Shown here piece by piece: positions 61,253 to 64,000 of a stretch of 64,000 nt of DNA. The stretch is from Podarcis muralis (lineage: Eukaryota). Position 1 is the stretch's first letter; each line of letters begins with the position of its first letter. Under the pieces are notes generated by a model, which saw only the letters and a list, made by a program, of their open reading frames with translations, made no database searches and was not told where the DNA came from. The DNA lies in the NCBI RefSeq assembly GCF_964188315.1, contig NC_135664.1, positions 51,646,001-51,710,000 on the forward strand, in the 5' to 3' direction. The position numbers and the translations under genes were made by a program.

Positions 61253-61579
61253 CTTTGTGGTCAGGGGGCGGGGAGGGAAGGGGAAAGAGAATATAAGAAA
61301 AAATAAGATTTTTTTCCATGAGGCAGCTTTAAAAAAACCAATAACCAATAATCCTTCACAAAGCTTAGTCTTTATTGACTTGATAGCTGACATCTAAGAC
61401 ACATGAACATACCTAAATGCTTAATGGCACCAAAACCTGTGAGTAGCCCCAACTTTCAAATCTACATTGGCTTATCTAGTTTGGCTTATCTACCAAAGAA
61501 CCCTTAGTAATAAGCTCACTAGGCAGGCAATTCTAGGAGTACCTCAGGCACCCATTGCAATCAAGGTCACTTGAAGCTA

Positions 61580-61862
61580 CCGTATTTTTTGCTCTATAAG
61601 ACACACCTTTTCCCTCCTAAAAAGTAAGGGGAAATGTGTGTGCATCTTATGGAGCGAATGCAGGCTGCGCAACAATCGCTGAAGCCAGAACAGCAAGAGG
61701 GAGAGCTGCGCAGCAATCCCTCTTGCTGTTCTGGCTTCAGGGATAGCTGTGCAAAGCCTCTTCAACAACATTTGATTCAGAATATATTTTTTTCTTGTTT
61801 TCCTCCTCTAAAAACTAGGTGCGTCTTATGGTTGGGTGCATCTTATAGAGCAAAAAATACGG
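61580..61862. mobile_element. Tc2/pogo-like MITE in a RIC8B intron
   Basis: TIRs CCGTATTTTTTGCTCTATAAGA and TCTTATAGAGCAAAAAATACGG. Related to the 4194 element. Confidence 0.85.
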
Positions 61863-62131
61863 TGATCAAAGTTTTAGTCCACAATTCAGCCCTTTGTGAT
61901 AAAACAGAGGTCCAAAAAATTAAAGAACATATCTTAGACAATGTTAGAGACTAGACCAGGGGTGGCCAACATGGTACTCCTCCAGAGGTTGTAGACTACA
62001 ACTCTCATCAGCAAAGGTCATACGAGTTGTAGTCCAAACATCTGGAGGATACAAAGCTGGCTACCACTAGTCTAAGCTTAATACACTGGAGGGGAGAGGG
62101 GTTGAGGTGAGAGACCCAAGCAGTACCATAC

Positions 62132-62276
62132 TTTGGCTTTGCAGATTTGTATTCTTCAGTGTCTGTATCTTCGTCATCCGAGTACCAGGTTTCCCCTCTT
62201 CCTCCTGCTAATAGGCCCCTTGCTGCCAGTAGCCCAGCTGCATTGCCATAGCCAGTGTACTTCAGTAAACTGTCAA
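62132..62276 (-). CDS. RIC8B: RIC8B internal coding exon, 145 nt
   Basis: [48 protein letters not shown]. Includes the Ric-8 [12 protein letters not shown] motif and the acidic CK2-phosphorylation segment. Phase 1/2. Confidence 0.97.
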
Positions 62277-62929
62277 CTGAAAAGTGAGAGAGAGAGTTCT
62301 ACAAGTTTGTTAAATATAAGTCACATTCAAACATAAACGAAGTCTTCAGATTGTCTGAATGCTCCCTGTCTGATGTGGCATGGAACAGTTCTCTTGTTAA
62401 GATGCCAGTGAAATTGGCATGTCTTCTGCTTTTCTACAGAACTTAAGAGTTGAGAAAAAGAAAAAAGTTCTTCAACTGAGAAAAGCAGCATGCAGGGCTT
62501 AAGGAAAATATTGTCACCTAAAATAACCTAATTTAAACCTTGATTTTAGAATTTTACACTTCTTGTGGCAACTAAATACTTGTATTTCCAATTTCTTACA
62601 TAAAATGCAAGATGTTTATATATAACTATATAGTACAACTGTCCATACTGGTGAAATGGCAACACTGTTAATGTGGTGGTGGGGGGGGAGTCAAAGAGTT
62701 ACCTCTAATTCAGACATGCAAAATAAACCCACTAGGTTTATTGTCCCACCTGCCCATATTCAAGTAGGCATTTGTTACATATTACAACTTCAATAAACTC
62801 TACCAGTTTAAAAAACTTTCATTTGTGATTGTTCAGAAGCATATTCTATTTGTCAAGAGATAACCAGGCAAGCAATTGTTCAGAAGTCTGGAATAACCAC
62901 CCACATTCATTATAAGAAGCAGCCTGTAC

Positions 62930-63074
62930 CTCTCTCCTTACAAAGAACAAAAAGGAATTCTGCAGCGATTTGCTTCACTCCTAGGTCAACGTGAGTCATG
63001 AGCCGCACTAGTTTGTTTCTCAGTGTTGTGCCAACTTCAGGGCGATTAGATACATCTCTCAAGGGAGGCAACAC
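62930..63074 (-). CDS. RIC8B: RIC8B internal coding exon, 145 nt
   Basis: [48 protein letters not shown]. Flanks tgtctttag| and |gtacag. Phase 0/1. Confidence 0.97.
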
Positions 63075-63720
63075 CTAAAGACAAAAACAAGTAATAAGAG
63101 CAATTAATCTCCAGTGGAAAGTGTTCACCACACTTTCTTATTCAAAAGTATTTGTAAAAATTCTGCTTTAACACTCTGCCTAGCTCTACAATGAGGTCTT
63201 AGCCCCATTTCTTTGTTGCTGCTGAGCAACTACTAGTAAGAGAATACAGGGAAGAGACCTAGCTGCTCAGACCCACTCGCTTGCCTCAGAGGTCATCAGT
63301 GGGAGACAGTGCCAGATAGGAGACCAAGGGAAAAGGATAAGAGCAAGAAATGCTGCCTGAATAATCTTGGTTCCATATGGGCATCATGCAGCTTCCGTTC
63401 CTGTACTCCAGGGATGGGAAACCTGCCCCCCCCCCCCGGAAGCTGCTGGTGTTTAATTCCTGTCAGTCTCAGTCAGCCTGGCCAATGGGCAGGGACAATG
63501 GTTGCTAGATTCCAACTCCATCTCAAGGGCCAGAGGTTCCCCCATTTGAGTGTGAGTTTTTTGCAAGCAATAATTTTGCAAGCAACTCTAAGGGCTTCCC
63601 AGGACTATAAAACAAGATAAAGGTATCATATAAATATAAACAAGATCCCTTAATATTTAAAATAGCCTTCCTGTCAAGTGTTTGCATTCCTTTGTTACCT
63701 TTATCTCTGTGGTATCTCAC

Positions 63721-63816
63721 CTGAGCTTTAATAAACTTCCTTATGTTCCGGTGAGATCGGCAGCATCTTGTTAGCAAACTGAGAACTGGAGTGAGACCTT
63801 CCCGATAGCTGCTCCC
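63721..63816 (-). CDS. RIC8B: RIC8B (synembryn-B) internal coding exon, 96 nt
   Basis: [32 protein letters not shown]. Flanks ttattctag| and |gtgaga. Phase 0/0. Confidence 0.95.
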
Positions 63817-64000
63817 CTAGAATAAGAAATAACAAGACACATCATTTTTCTTCCAAGAACACTGGGATTTTCTGTCATACTCCATATTCCTGCTCTAGTG
63901 TTTCTCAAAACAGGTCACCAAGTTTCCACAGCAGGTCCCTCATGTCTTTCCCATACCATTTAAAGAGCATTTCCACACCTGAAAATTCACAAATGAATGC

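Overview
Vertebrate (squamate) genomic DNA. The repeat content (Sauria SINE, L2, CR1, RTE, abundant hAT and Tc1/mariner MITEs) points to a lizard, probably a lacertid such as Podarcis; this is inference. Four conserved genes are recognisable. (1) CRY1, minus strand: coding exon 1 at 12878-13035, a CpG-island promoter at about 13.6 kb, and intron 1 filling 1-12877; exon 2 was not found in the window. (2) MTERF2, plus strand: single coding exon, CDS 21060-22226. (3) TMEM263, minus strand: coding exons 28098-28161 and 25422-25708, with a 5' CpG island near 39.3-39.7 kb. (4) The last five coding exons of RIC8B, minus strand, 63816 to 56842. All junctions between consecutive coding exons in the window are GT-AG and phase-consistent. 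The most notable observations concern clock regulation of CRY1. The intronic tandem-RRE enhancer known from mouse Cry1 is recognisable at about 2.2 kb, but one RRE core reads AGGTCG. The promoter has three E'-boxes and no canonical E-box. The 5'UTR has two uORFs. CRY1 lies head-to-head with MTERF2, unlike my recollection of the mammalian arrangement. Other candidates are a PTC-containing (poison-type) cassette exon in the last RIC8B intron and a Tigger-like MITE carrying an 11-unit GC-rich hairpin minisatellite. I found no evidence of a wholly new multi-gene system. Most ORF-track entries are spurious ORFs in repeats or CpG islands. Comparisons with human or mouse sequences are from memory and need alignment to confirm.
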